Assembly: GCF_964213995.1 (NCBI RefSeq)
Contig: NC_135811.1
Span: 30,628,001-30,692,000 of the forward strand
Length of the DNA stretch: 64,000 nucleotides
Direction of reading: 5' to 3'
Origin: Mustelus asterias
Lineage: Eukaryota
Each line of letters opens with the position of its first letter. The stretch's first letter is position 1. Shown here one piece after another: positions 52,337 to 64,000 of the stretch. The position numbers and the translations under genes were made by a program. Below the pieces are notes generated by a model. It did no database searches. It had not been told where the DNA came from and worked only from the letters and a program-made list of their open reading frames with translations.

Positions 52337-52819
52337 GTGAGTAGAGTTTCTGCTACTCAGCAATTTGGATTTGCCTCCAAAGTAGCTGGATATTTATCGT
52401 TTGCTTAATGTATAATAAATGCTTTGCGCAAATACATCACTAACAACGGATTCTATTTGCATGGAGCTTTTGATGTGGTAAAATATGATGCTTCACCGGA
52501 ACATTGCCAAGTGAAATTTGGCACCAAGCCACACATGGGCAGTTAACCAGAAGCTTGGTCGAAAGGCTAAGTTTCAGGGAAAATCTTAAAAAGACGGAAG
52601 CGAGTTAGTGAGGCGAAGAGATGTAGGGAGGAAGTTCCGGGTTGTCGACCTTATCTAGTTGAGGGTGCAGTTGCCAAGGTGTACAATGATTAAAATTGAG
52701 GTTGCTGAAAAGATGAAAGTTGCATATATCTTGGAGGGTTGCAGGGCTGTTGAAGATTACAATGATAGAGAGGGTCAAGGTCAGGGAGGGATTTTAAAAC
52801 AATTGTGAGAACTTTAAAC

Positions 52820-53720
52820 AAAAACAGAAAATGCTGGCAAGTCTCAGCAGGTCTGACAGCATCTGTGCAGAGAGAATGGCGCCAACGTTTCGAGTCTGGA
52901 TGACCCTTTGTGAGATTCCAGCATCTGCAGTATTTTGCTTTTATCTTGTGTGAGAATTTTTAAATTGTGTTGCACTGGGAGCCAATATAGACTAGTTAGT
53001 ACAGGGTTAATAGTGGCGAGGATTGTGAGAGAGTTGGGACCAGCGTGCAAACATTTTGGTTGACCTCTAATTTACAGAGAGTGCAAAGTAGAGGTTGGCC
53101 AGGAGTGTGTTGAAATGATTTGATGTTGAGAAGCAATAGGTGAAACAGAAATGGAGGAGGGGTAATAAAAAATGGATAATGCTGGATAAACTCAGCAGGT
53201 CTGGCAGCGTCTGTGGAGAGAAACAAGACAAATCCAAACGACTTTTGCACAGAACTGAAGAAAGGTAGAAATGAAATGAGTTATATCGTGGTAGAGGTGG
53301 GTGGAAGAGTTGGGGCAGAATAGAAGAACAGAGATAGGTCAGGGCACAGGAGAGGTTGACAAAAGTGTCATGGAAATGGTGTCATTAAAGGATGAAGAGT
53401 GCAAAAAGCAACACAAGGTAAGATAGTAGAATGTGTTATGGGAGCAAAACTGAACAAGAGACAGGTGGCTAAGTCGGAGAGGAGTGGGGCTGTACTGCGC
53501 TGTAATGTTCTATGTTTATGTTATGTTAGGGCAGGCCAAGGAAACTAAAACAACAAACCACAAAAAGGGGGATGGGGATCAAGATGGAGGGGAAAGGTCA
53601 CAGTCGAAAGCTCTTGAACTCCATGTTTGAGCCCAGAAGGCTGTAATGTGTCGAATTGGAAGATGAGGTGGTGTTCTTACAATTTACGTTGGGTATCACT
53701 GGAGCATTGCAGCAGGCCTA
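52820..53720. mobile_element. Fragments of a second Penelope-like family interleaved with L2 (also at ~21055-21180 and ~28720-28780)
   Basis: AAAACAGAAAATGCTGG..CTCAGCAGGTCTG.CAGCATCT termini; GIY-YIG C-terminal remnant at ~53610-53720. Confidence 0.6.
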
Positions 53721-54789
53721 AGGTTATCAATTAATCCTGTCTCGTTGCACAATATCATGCCCAGTGTAGCCTGCTCTCTGGTTAGCTCCATATATGCTTT
53801 TCTAAGAAACTATCATAAAAACATTCTTTGAACATTTAGGCTACTTTTGCCCATCTTTTTCCAGTCCATATGTAGATTAAAATCCCCCTTCATTATCACC
53901 GTACCTTTCTGACACGCTCCCGTTATCTCTTCCTTTATACTCTGTCCTATCGTGTCGTTACAATTATACCACTCCCACAAGCGACTTCTTGCCTTTATAA
54001 TTTCTCATCTGAACCTAAACCACTTCTACATCCTGGTTTCCTGAACTTGGGTCATCCCTCTCTAACGCGGTATTACTATCATTAATTAACAGAGCCACTC
54101 TTCCACCTTTTTCCTAGCTTCCTAAATATTACATACTCTTCAACATTCAGGTCCCATTCTATGTCATCCTTCAGCCATGACTCTATAAAGGCTATCAGAT
54201 TGTACTTATTTATTTCTATGTGCACTATCAGTTCATCTGTTTTGTTTTGAATGCTTTGTGCAATCAGATACAGAGTCTTTAGTTTTGTCCGTTTTTATTA
54301 TTTTTGTAATGCCTGACTTTATCTTCTGATGTACTCTTAGATTTGTACTCTCTGGCCCTTCCTCCCACAGCCTATATATCATGCACATTTTAAATAGTGG
54401 CAAATCTTTTCCAACTCTACCCCATTCATTTTTTTTATTCATTCGTGGGACATGGGTGTCGTTGGCTGGCCAACATTTATTGTCCCAGTTGCCCTTGAGA
54501 AGGTGGTGGTGAGCTGCCTTCTTGAATCGCTGCAGTCCATTCAACTTATGGTATTTAAAAGTTATCCAAAACAAATTCTTTCCAGCACTGTTCATCCAGT
54601 GGAAATGACATTCTTTGCAGCAGCATTGTTTTAGCTTATTGTAGTACCTGATATTCTTACTGATATTGTGGTTTGTTAAATTAATATTTGTTCATGTTAT
54701 TCACAGCACCAATGGTACCAAGGTTACTATTTCGATATTCATTATGAAAGGAGTTGCTTCAAGACATTTTAGCTGTGACACTTTCATGT

Positions 54790-56120
54790 GTAAGGCCCAT
54801 TGATCTTGCTGTGGTGGGGAAATTGTTGGAGTCATTAATCAGGGATCACCTCAAGAAATTCCAGTTAACCGGGGAGAGTCAGCATGGATTCATATGGGGT
54901 AGGTCATGCCTGACAAACCTCAGAATTCTTTGAAGAGGTGACAAAGATGGTGTCATTTATATGCACTTTCAGAAGGCTTTTGCTGAAGTCCCACACAAGA
55001 GATAGTTAGCCAAGGTGGAAGCCCATGGAATTGAATGTAGATTGCTGACATGGATAGGAAATTGGTTGAGCAACAGGAAACAGAGTTGCAATAATAGGTT
55101 AGTTCTCAAATTGGGAAGATGTGATTAGTAGTGTCCCACAGGGATCTGTCTTGAGGTTTCAATTGTTTACAATGTTCATTAACAATTTAGATATTGACAT
55201 AAAAAATCAAACATCCGAATTTGCAGATGACACAAAATTGGGCAGCATTATAGATTGTGTTGAGGAGAGCATAAAACTACACCAGAATATTGATAGATTG
55301 GGTGAATGGGCCAAGCTTGGCAAATGGATTTTAATATAAATGAGTGTGAGGTTATCCATTTTGGATTAAAAAAGGATAGATCAGGGTATTTTTCAGAAAG
55401 CACAAGGTTAAATTTAGTGGATGTCCAAGATTTGGGGGTTCATTTGCATAGCTCCTCAAAGTGCCATAAACAGGTGCAGAAAAAGGTCAAGGCCAATGGA
55501 ATGCTGGCCTTCATATCTAAAGGGTTGGCGTATAGGGATGCAGATGATATGCTGCTGTTGTACAAAGCCCTAGTTAGACCCCACTTAGAGTACTGTGAAA
55601 AGGACTGGGCACCATACATTAGGAAGGATGTTTTGACCCTGGAGTGAGTTCAATGCGGGCATACAAGAATGATACCTGGACTTCAGGGGTTAAGGAGAGA
55701 TTAGTCAAATTGGGCCTTTATTCTCTCAAATTCAGAAGGTTGAGGGGGTGATATGATAGAAGTCTACAAAATATTTACAGGGAAAGACAGGGTAGATAAG
55801 GATAAACTGTTTCCGCTAGTTGAAGGCTCGAGAACCGGGGGTCATAATCGAACAATTAGGGCCAAGCTGCTCAGGAGAGATGTTGGAAAACGCTACACAC
55901 ACAGTGGTAGAGGTTTGAAACTCTCTCTTCCTCAAACAGCAGTGGATGCTGTTTCAATTGTTAGGCTTAAGTCTGAGATAGACAAGTTTTTATTGAGTAG
56001 GGGTATCAAAGGATATAGGCCTAAGGTAGATACCGTACCGTAGGCCACAGATCAGCCATGATCTTATTGAATGGTGGAGTGGGCTTGAGGGGCTAAATGG
56101 CCTACTCCTGTTTCCATTTT
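54790..56120 (+). mobile_element. CR1 LINE RT and 3' end, decayed
   Basis: VPQGSVL, FADDTK, LVRPHLEYC, IEVYKI. Confidence 0.88.
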
Positions 56121-56640
56121 CCTATCTCTTCCCCCCCCCCCCCCCCCCCCCCCCCCCAAAAACCAACCAACCCACAGCCGCAATGTTTCCACAGACCCCT
56201 GATTGTGGTCATTCTGGCCTGCCGTTGAGCATGAATCTGGAGTAATTTATTTACATGGGGCCCTCCTGTCACCAACTTTGCCAGATTCTTTAGCCAGTAC
56301 GGGCTCCCCGCACCACTCCTGGCTCTCTCATATATTACAGTCCTTGTCTCTGTCAACTCCCAAATTGCAGTAGTGTTGTGATTTTTGTTTCTTATTTAAT
56401 TATTTTCTCTTGCAATAGTTTGCTGGTTTCTATAATTGAGCTTTGACTTTTACAACCCTTGCAAAGTTGAATAACTAATCAATTAACTTATTTTAATTGC
56501 TATCTTACTGAATTTAATGTAGTCTCACATCCTCTTACTAAATCTACTTTTCTGCTTCCTGTTACTATTTGCAGTCAGTAAAATTGAGGTGTGGGTGTTT
56601 GCTGGATTTTGAGATGAAGGGAATGATATTTTTGGGCATG

Positions 56641-57762
56641 TGTAGCGGGATCCCCTTTTTAACTCCACTGGGCTTATTTTAGGTTTGGTTCTCCGTTACC
56701 CAAACCCCACCAATGCCCGAGTGATTCTCTCTCTCGCCGATGGAACAACGGCCACCTTGCGTCTACTTCACTAGAGTAGCGCTCCCAAGAGAGAGAAAAG
56801 GAAACTGCTGCCTATCCACTACCTGGCAGCCTTTCCTGAGTGGGCGGTTTCGAAGCGCCCAGGGTACCCTCAGTTCTAGACTCCAGAATTATGGTAAGGG
56901 ATATTTAATATTGTGACTTGGTCAGAGATCATTGGTGAGAAATTGAAAAGATCAAAACGGACTCCAATGGAAGTCAAAGATATATATATTTATTAAAACA
57001 TCAAGGTCAAGATCACCAAACACCAGGAAAACAACACACAATGCCTTATGCTCTATAAGACTATAGCTATGGAAGGAATACTAAAACGGACACGACGGAA
57101 TGCTTACTTTACACAAGTTTACCAGTGTCTTAAACTATGAAAAATGCACGCAAAAGCCCCCCCCTTTCTCCAAAGCCTCATCCACTGTGATGATCTCGGG
57201 AACTTCGCGAATTACCAGGGGATACTCACAATCCTAGTTTAAATTGCTCAGTGGGCTTCGGGCTGCGTGCTGGAGACGAACGAGAGGCAGGAACAGGAGA
57301 AGAGAGTGGAGACTGATGTCATGCTGGTCCGAAGAGAAAAAAGAGAGATGGCCGGCCTGACCATCCTTTTTAAAACCTGAAGCAGTGATTCTCTCCCACA
57401 AAAACAGTTTCTGATCATTGATAGTTTCGATTGACTGGGACAAAAGGGCCGACAGCCTTAATTGACATTTTAATGTCTTTTAAATGTTCTCAAGTCATCC
57501 TGATTGAAATCCCATCAGCGAGATGAGTCATTGATGTTGTCTGTGGATGGAATGATCTCTGTTTTCATTGTCTCGCTGCTGGGCTATTTACTCCTTGGCT
57601 GCTGGTCATGGTTTCTCCTTTATTTCCTGTTGATTAGATTATCCCTGTCTCGACCTTCTCGTTATCCCAGCCTCTTGCATATTGATGTGGCCTGACAACC
57701 AGTCGGCCATTTTCCTTATCTCTGGGTTTTTTAATCATGGAGGATTTGCCCTAAAACTTACA
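56641..57762 (-). mobile_element. Solo LTR (1122 bp)
   Basis: TG...CA termini (TGTAG / TTACA), perfect 4-bp TSD CATG, minus-strand AATAAA near 56990. Confidence 0.8.
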
Positions 57763-58509
57763 CATGATCACTGGAGTAAGGGTGTTAATGGGTAGGGCAA
57801 TGAAATGGATCATAGGAAGACTCTGACACGAATATGTTTGAAACTGGAAGTAGTGGGGAGGCTTGTCCAGATTGAAGAATTGTGTCTTTTAAATTAGAAA
57901 TTGCAAATGTGTTTATTTAGGAATGGAGTGAATGAGAAAGCAGGCAATCACAAAACAGTCAATTTAATATTGTCTGAGCTGAGCTTGGACATGTATGAGC
58001 TTGTTAGAGTCAAGAGGGATTTTTGAAAGGTAGGGCACATTTGATCAAAGTTCCACAGAAGATATTGGTCTATAACCTCTGAGCTCTGGGGCTTTTTCTT
58101 ATCCAAGGGAATCCCAGAAATGCACTGGGAATGTCTCCCGGAAGTCCCTGCGTAAGGATTGCATGACAATTGCCCTTCAATGGGATCTTTCTGACACTCC
58201 TGATTCAAATGATAAACTTCGGAAGGTTCAGGCTGTCTTCCAGCAATAGTTATCCAAAGAAAGTTAGAATTAAAACCACGTCTTACTCCTAGGTAACTAT
58301 AGTGCTGACCCAGCCCTCTCCCTGGCAACTAGTCTAAGGCCAATCTGGTCTGTTCACAAACCCAATGTCATATTTGGTCCTGAGATGAGTTTTTAATCCT
58401 GTATCCACGCTGTCACTAAGACTATTTGCGCTTTCACAATGTTGTCCATCGCCCTCAACTCATTTGCTACTGAAGCCCTCATCCACATCTTTCTTTCTCT
58501 CGAATTGAT

Positions 58510-61500
58510 TGTTTTTAGGAAGTAGAGTTGGCTAAGTAAATGGTATTTGGCATAAACTATAGTTTTATGTTAGGGTATTAATTTTAAGTTCAAGCTAAAT
58601 TTATATTTCTCAATTTGTATGTGACTTGAGTTATTTCACTTTAAAATATGCCTGCATTTTAATTAGATTTTATGACTCTAGAGCATGTAGGGCCAAAACA
58701 AAAACTGATCTGGGCTGTTGCTTAGTCACAAGAAGCCACAAGGGAACAGAAAGCAACTTGAGGTTCAGTTGTTCTATGGTGAAGGGAGCAGTTTAAGCCT
58801 CAGGATATGAAAGGAGACTGCAGAGAACAGGCATTAAATTAAAAAACTGAAAGACCCCAAAACCAGGGAGAGGGACAGAAGGAAGTCCCAAGAAAACCTT
58901 CTAGTCGTAGAAAAAGAACAAGAAACTGGAAAAGATCCAGTTAAGTGCAGTGAAGAGCAGAAGTTCCAAGTTAAAAGACAAGATGCCGACCTGATATAAC
59001 GTGGGCTTGTGAGAAGCCAGAGATCCAAAGGGACCCAAAAGTTGGTGACTCTACCACTGCCTGTAAAGCAGTGGTATTTTTTTGGCATGGTTGGGTATCT
59101 GTGAGTTTGCGTAGAAGCCAAAACTTTAATGCACATTATGCTCCAGGGCAGAGGAACAAACAAAGAGAGATTCAAACACTGGAGGTCGGTTCTTGACATT
59201 CGGGAGAAGATTCCATCTTCCAGAGTTGAGATCGGCAACCCATGTGTGGGAGACAGCATTCCAGTGAGATCAGTTGACTCACAAGCATCTAGGGAATTGA
59301 TAAGAAATCCAAAGAAGTTGTTTTGGATGGCATTTGTCTCTTGGTTTCAGAGTGTGGTGTGTCTGACCACAGTTATAGAGTCAAAGGTTTACAACATGGA
59401 AACAGGCCCTTTGGCCCAACTTGTCCATGCCACCTTTTTTTTTTGAAACCCCTAAATTAATCCCAATTGCCCGCATCCCTCTATACTCATCGGATCCATG
59501 TAACTATCTAAATGCTTTTTAAAAGATAAAATTGTACCCGCCTCTACTACTACCTCTGGCAGCTAGTTCCAGACACTCACCACCCTCTGTGAAAAAATTG
59601 CCCTCTAAACACTTTTGTATCTCTCCCCTCTCACCTTAAACCTATGCCCTCTAGTTTTAGACTTCCTTACCTTTGGGAAAAGATATTGACTATCTACCTT
59701 GTCTATGCCCCTCATTATTTTATAGACCTCTATAAGGTCACCCCTCAGCCTCCTACGCTCCAAGGAAAAAAGTCCCAGTCTATTCAACCTCTCCTTATAA
59801 CTCAATCCATCAAGTCCCGGTAGCATCCTAGTAAATCTTTTCTGCACTCTTTCTAGTTTAATAATATCCTTTCTATTATAGGGTGACCAGAATTGCACAC
59901 AGTATTCCAAGTGTGGCCTTAACAATGTCTTGTACAACTTCAACAAGACGTCCCAACTCCTGTATTCAATGTTCTGACCGATGAAACCAAGAATGCCGAA
60001 TGCCGCCTTCACCACTTTGTCCACCTGTGACTTCACTTTCAAGGAGCTATGAACATGTACCCCTAGATCTTTTTGTTCTGTAACTCTCCCCAGCGCCCTA
60101 CCATTAACTGAGTAAGTCCTGCTCTGGTTCAATCTACCAAAATGCATCACCTCGCATTTGTTTAAATTAAACTCCATCTGCCATTCATCAGCCCTCTGGC
60201 CCAATTGATCAAGATCCCGCTGCAATTGGAGATAACCTTCCTCACTGTCCACCATGCCACCAATCTTGGTGTCATCTGCAAACTTACTAACCATGCCCCC
60301 TATATTCTCATCCAAATCATTAATATAAATGACAAATAACAGTGGGCCCAGCACTGATCCCTGAGGCACACCGCTGGTCACAGGCCTCCAGTTTGAAAAA
60401 ACTACTCTCTACAACCACCCCAATTTTGTATCCATTTACATACCTCACCCTGGATCCCATGAGATTTAACTTTATGCAACAACCTACCATGCGGTACCTT
60501 GTCAAAGGCCTTGCTAAAGTCCATGTTGACAGCATCAACTACACTGCCCTCATCTACCTTCTTGGTTACCCCTTCAAAAAACTCAATCAAATTTGTGAGA
60601 CATGATTTTCCACTCACAAAGCCATGCTGACTGTCCCTAATCAGTCCTTGCATCTCTAAATGCCTGCAGATCCTGTCTCTCAAAATACCTTCCAACAATT
60701 TACCCATCACAGATGTGAGGCTCACTGGCCTGTAGTTCCCAGGCTTTTCCCTGCAGCCCTTTTTAAACAAAGGCACAGCATTTGCCACTCTCCAATCTTC
60801 AGGCACCTCACCCGTGACTATCGATGATTCAAATATCTCGGCTAGGGGACCCGCAATTTCCTCCCTAGCCTCCCACAATGTCCTGGGATATACTTCATCA
60901 GGTCCCGGGGATTTATCTACCTTGATGCGCTTTAAGACTTCCAGCACCACCTCCTCTGTAATATGTACACTCCTCAAGACATCAATATTTATTTCCCCAA
61001 GTTCCCTAACATCCATGCTTTTCTCAACAGTAAATACTGATGAGAGATATTCATTTAGGACCTCACCCATCTCTTGTTGCTCAGCACATAGATGACCTTG
61101 TTGATCCTTAAGAGGCCCTACTCTCTCCCTTGTTACTCTTTTGCCCTTTATGTATTTGTAGAAGCTCTTTGGATTTTCCTTTGCCTTATCTGCCAAAACA
61201 ATTTCGTGTCCCTTTTTGCCCTCCTGATTTCTCTCTTAACTCTACTCCTACACCCCCTATACTCCAAGAGATTCACCTGGTCCCAGCTGCCTATGCACGT
61301 CATGTGCCTCTTTCTTCTTCTTGATTAGGGCCTCAATATCCCGAGTCATCCAGGGTTCTTGACTTCTGCCAGCCTTGCCCTTCACTCTAAGAGGAATGTG
61401 TTTACCCTGAACCCTGGTTAACACACTTTTGAAAGCATGCCACTTATCAGACGTCCTTTTTCCTTCCCACAGACTCCCCCAATTAACTTTTGAAAGTTCC

Positions 61501-61981
61501 TGTCTGATACCATCAAAATTGGCCTTGCCCCAATTTAGAATATTAACTTTTGGGACAGACCTATCATTCTCCATAGCTATCTTAAAACTAATAGAATTAT
61601 GGTCACTGGTCCTAAAGTGATGCCTCACTAACACTTCTGTCACCTGCCCTTCCTTATTTCCCAAGAGGAGGTCAAGTTCGCCTATATTGGTTTACATAGA
61701 TTGTGTACTTACTGAGAACAATAGAGTGTAAGACTTTGTCACATGTCCTACCCTTGCAGATCTATAAAGATATAGTTGCAGTGAAGGAATAGTGTATTAT
61801 AGTTTCATCTTTTCTTCTTTAATAGATGCTTTATTATTTTGTTAAAAGTTTCTTAGCTGACTCCTGTGATTCTGTTCAGTAGCTGCTCTACACATATCTA
61901 AACAAAAGTTGAGTTCAATCAAGCCAGGTCCCACCCTAGGATCTGAGTTGTCCAATAGTAGCATCAGCTGGGATCGTAATA
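58510..61981 (+). mobile_element. LTR-like element split by a CR1 insertion
   Basis: The sequence on both sides of the LINE appears to join at GACCACAGTT|CGCCTATA; ends ...GCTGGGATCGTAATA. Left boundary uncertain. Confidence 0.45.
59373..61680 (-). mobile_element. 5'-truncated CR1 LINE ORF2
   Basis: ORFs 59605-60381 (GVPQGSVLGP, KFADD), 60402-61196 and 61257-61664. Confidence 0.93.
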
Positions 61982-62774
61982 CTGTTCTAGCACATGCCTG
62001 GCTAGCTTCCTAATATGACAAGGCTGGATGGCATTTATTTTTATGCAAAGAATTTAATGGGTCAGGCAGATGAATTGAGGGCTTAACACATGGGAGTATT
62101 ATATAATTGCTTTCACAGAGACATGGTTGAGAGAGGGGCAGGATTGGCAGCTCAAAATTCCTGGATATAGAATCTTCACGTGAGACAGGGACGTGTGAAA
62201 GAGAAGGTGGTGTCACAATATTAATAAAGGAATTAATGACTGCAGTGAGGAGGGATGGTATCTTAGCAGGCTCCTCAATTGAGGTTATCTGGGTGCAACT
62301 TAAAAACAAAAAGCAGCATTGCTGGGAGTGTACTACAGACCCCCAAACAGTCAGGGAGAAATAGAAAAGATAATTCTGAGGGACAGACTTAATCTCCACT
62401 TGGAAAGGCAAGGATAGTCAGCATGTCTTTGTCAAGGGGAGATCACGTCTAACAGATTTCATTGAGTTTTTTGAAGAGGTGACTCAGTGTGTGGGTGAGG
62501 GCAGTGCAGTTGTTGAAGTCTACATGGAATTCAATAAGGTTTTGTAGGCAAATCTCAGAGAATTGTAGTAGGGGATTTCAACCTCCCCATTGTTAATTGG
62601 GATGGCCAAAGCATGAAAGGCTTAGAGGACGCGGAATACTTGAGTGCATCCAGAAGAGCTTTTTGAGCTAGCATGTAGAAAGGCCTGCAAGAGACTGGGT
62701 GGTACCGGACCGAACTTTAGGGAATGAAGCCAGGCAAGTTGTAGAATTGTCAAATGGGGGAGCATTTGAGGCTA

Positions 62775-64000
62775 GTCATGACCAATTCCAGCCTCCTGGA
62801 CTACCTGGATCCACTACAGTTTGCCTATCGTCGCAACAGGTCTACAGCAGACGCCATCTCCCTGGCCATGCACTCAACCCTGGAACACCTAGATAACAAG
62901 ATCACCTATGTCAGACTCCTATTTATTGACTATAGCTCAGTCTTCAACACTAATATTTGCACGAAACTCATCTCCAAACTCCATGGCCTGGGCCTCGGCA
63001 CCTCCCTCTGCGACTGGATCCTGAACTTCCTAACTCACAGACCATAATCAGTAAGGACAGGCAACAACACCACCTCCACTATGATCCTTAACACAGGTGC
63101 CCCACAAGGCTGTGTTCTCAGCCCCCTACTATACTCCTTATGCACCCATAACCGTGTGGCCAGATTCCCCTCCAATTCGATTTTCAAGTTTGCTGACGAC
63201 ACCACCGTAGTGGGTTGGATCTCAAACAATGATGAGACAGATTTCAGGAATGAGATAGAGGAACTGGTGCGGCAACAATAATCTCTCCCTCAATGTCAAC
63301 AAAACGAAGGAGATTGTCATCGACTTAAGAAAGGGTAAAGGAGAATGTGCCCCTGTGTACATCAACGGGGACGAAGTAGAAAGGGTCGAGAGCTTCAAGT
63401 TTTTAGGTGTCCAGATCACCAACAACCTGTCCTGGTCCCCCCATGCCGACACTATAGTTATGAAAGCCCACCAACGCCTCTACTTTCTCAGAAGATTAAG
63501 GAAATTTGGCATGTCAGCTACGACTCTCTCAAACCTTTACAGATGTACCATAGGAAGCATTCTTTCTGGTTGTATCACAGCTTGGTATGGCTCCTGCTCT
63601 GCCCAAGACTGCAAGAAACTACAAAAGGTTGTGAATGTAGCCCAATCCATCACGCAAACCACCCTCCCATCCATTGACTTTGTCTACACTTCCCGCTGCC
63701 TTGGCAAAGCAGCCAGTATAATTAAGGACCCCACGCACCCCAGACATTCTCTCTTTCACCTCCTTCGGGAAAAAGATACAAAAGTCTGAGGTCACATACC
63801 AACAGACTCAAAGAACAGCTTCTTCCCTGCTGCTGTCAGACTTTTAAATGGACTTGCCTTACATTAAGTTGATCTTTTTCTACACCCTAGCTATGACTGT
63901 AACACTACATTCTGCACTCTCTCATTTCCTTCTCTATGAATGGTATGTTTTGTCTGTATAGCACAGAAGAAACGATACTGTTTACTGTATGTTAATACAT
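62775..64000 (+). mobile_element. Rex1/Babar-like LINE 3' portion
   Basis: [47 protein letters not shown]. Confidence 0.85.

Noticed and set aside
52880-52915. Hammerhead in the second Penelope family (GAAACGUU palindrome on the minus strand)
   Set aside because: The CUGANGA core is truncated or mutated in this copy.

Overview
Vertebrate nuclear DNA, by repeat content a shark (HE1/V-SINE-like SINEs, DeuSINE, CR1, Rex1/Babar, Penelope). The window holds two head-to-tail, minus-strand paralogues of the Ikaros-family zinc-finger gene IKZF5/Pegasus. Copy A is complete (coding exons 45344-45476, 41779-41961, 36147-37072; 413 aa). Copy B runs off the left edge (7968-8100, 2055-2234, <1-441). Each copy has its own CpG island and candidate non-coding first exon. 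Both are intact, show strong purifying selection, and differ at zinc-finger helix and linker residues. A short plus-strand first coding exon at 52310-52336 fits the head-to-head ACADSB neighbour known from mammals (inferred from synteny only). The rest is mostly nested transposable elements. These include inverted-repeat Penelope-like elements carrying covarying minimal hammerhead-ribozyme motifs on the IKZF5-A sense strand, an OC1/SPIN-like hAT element, Harbinger remnants and solo LTRs. Repeat boundaries without a stated TIR/TSD are approximate, and family names come from motif recognition, not database searches.
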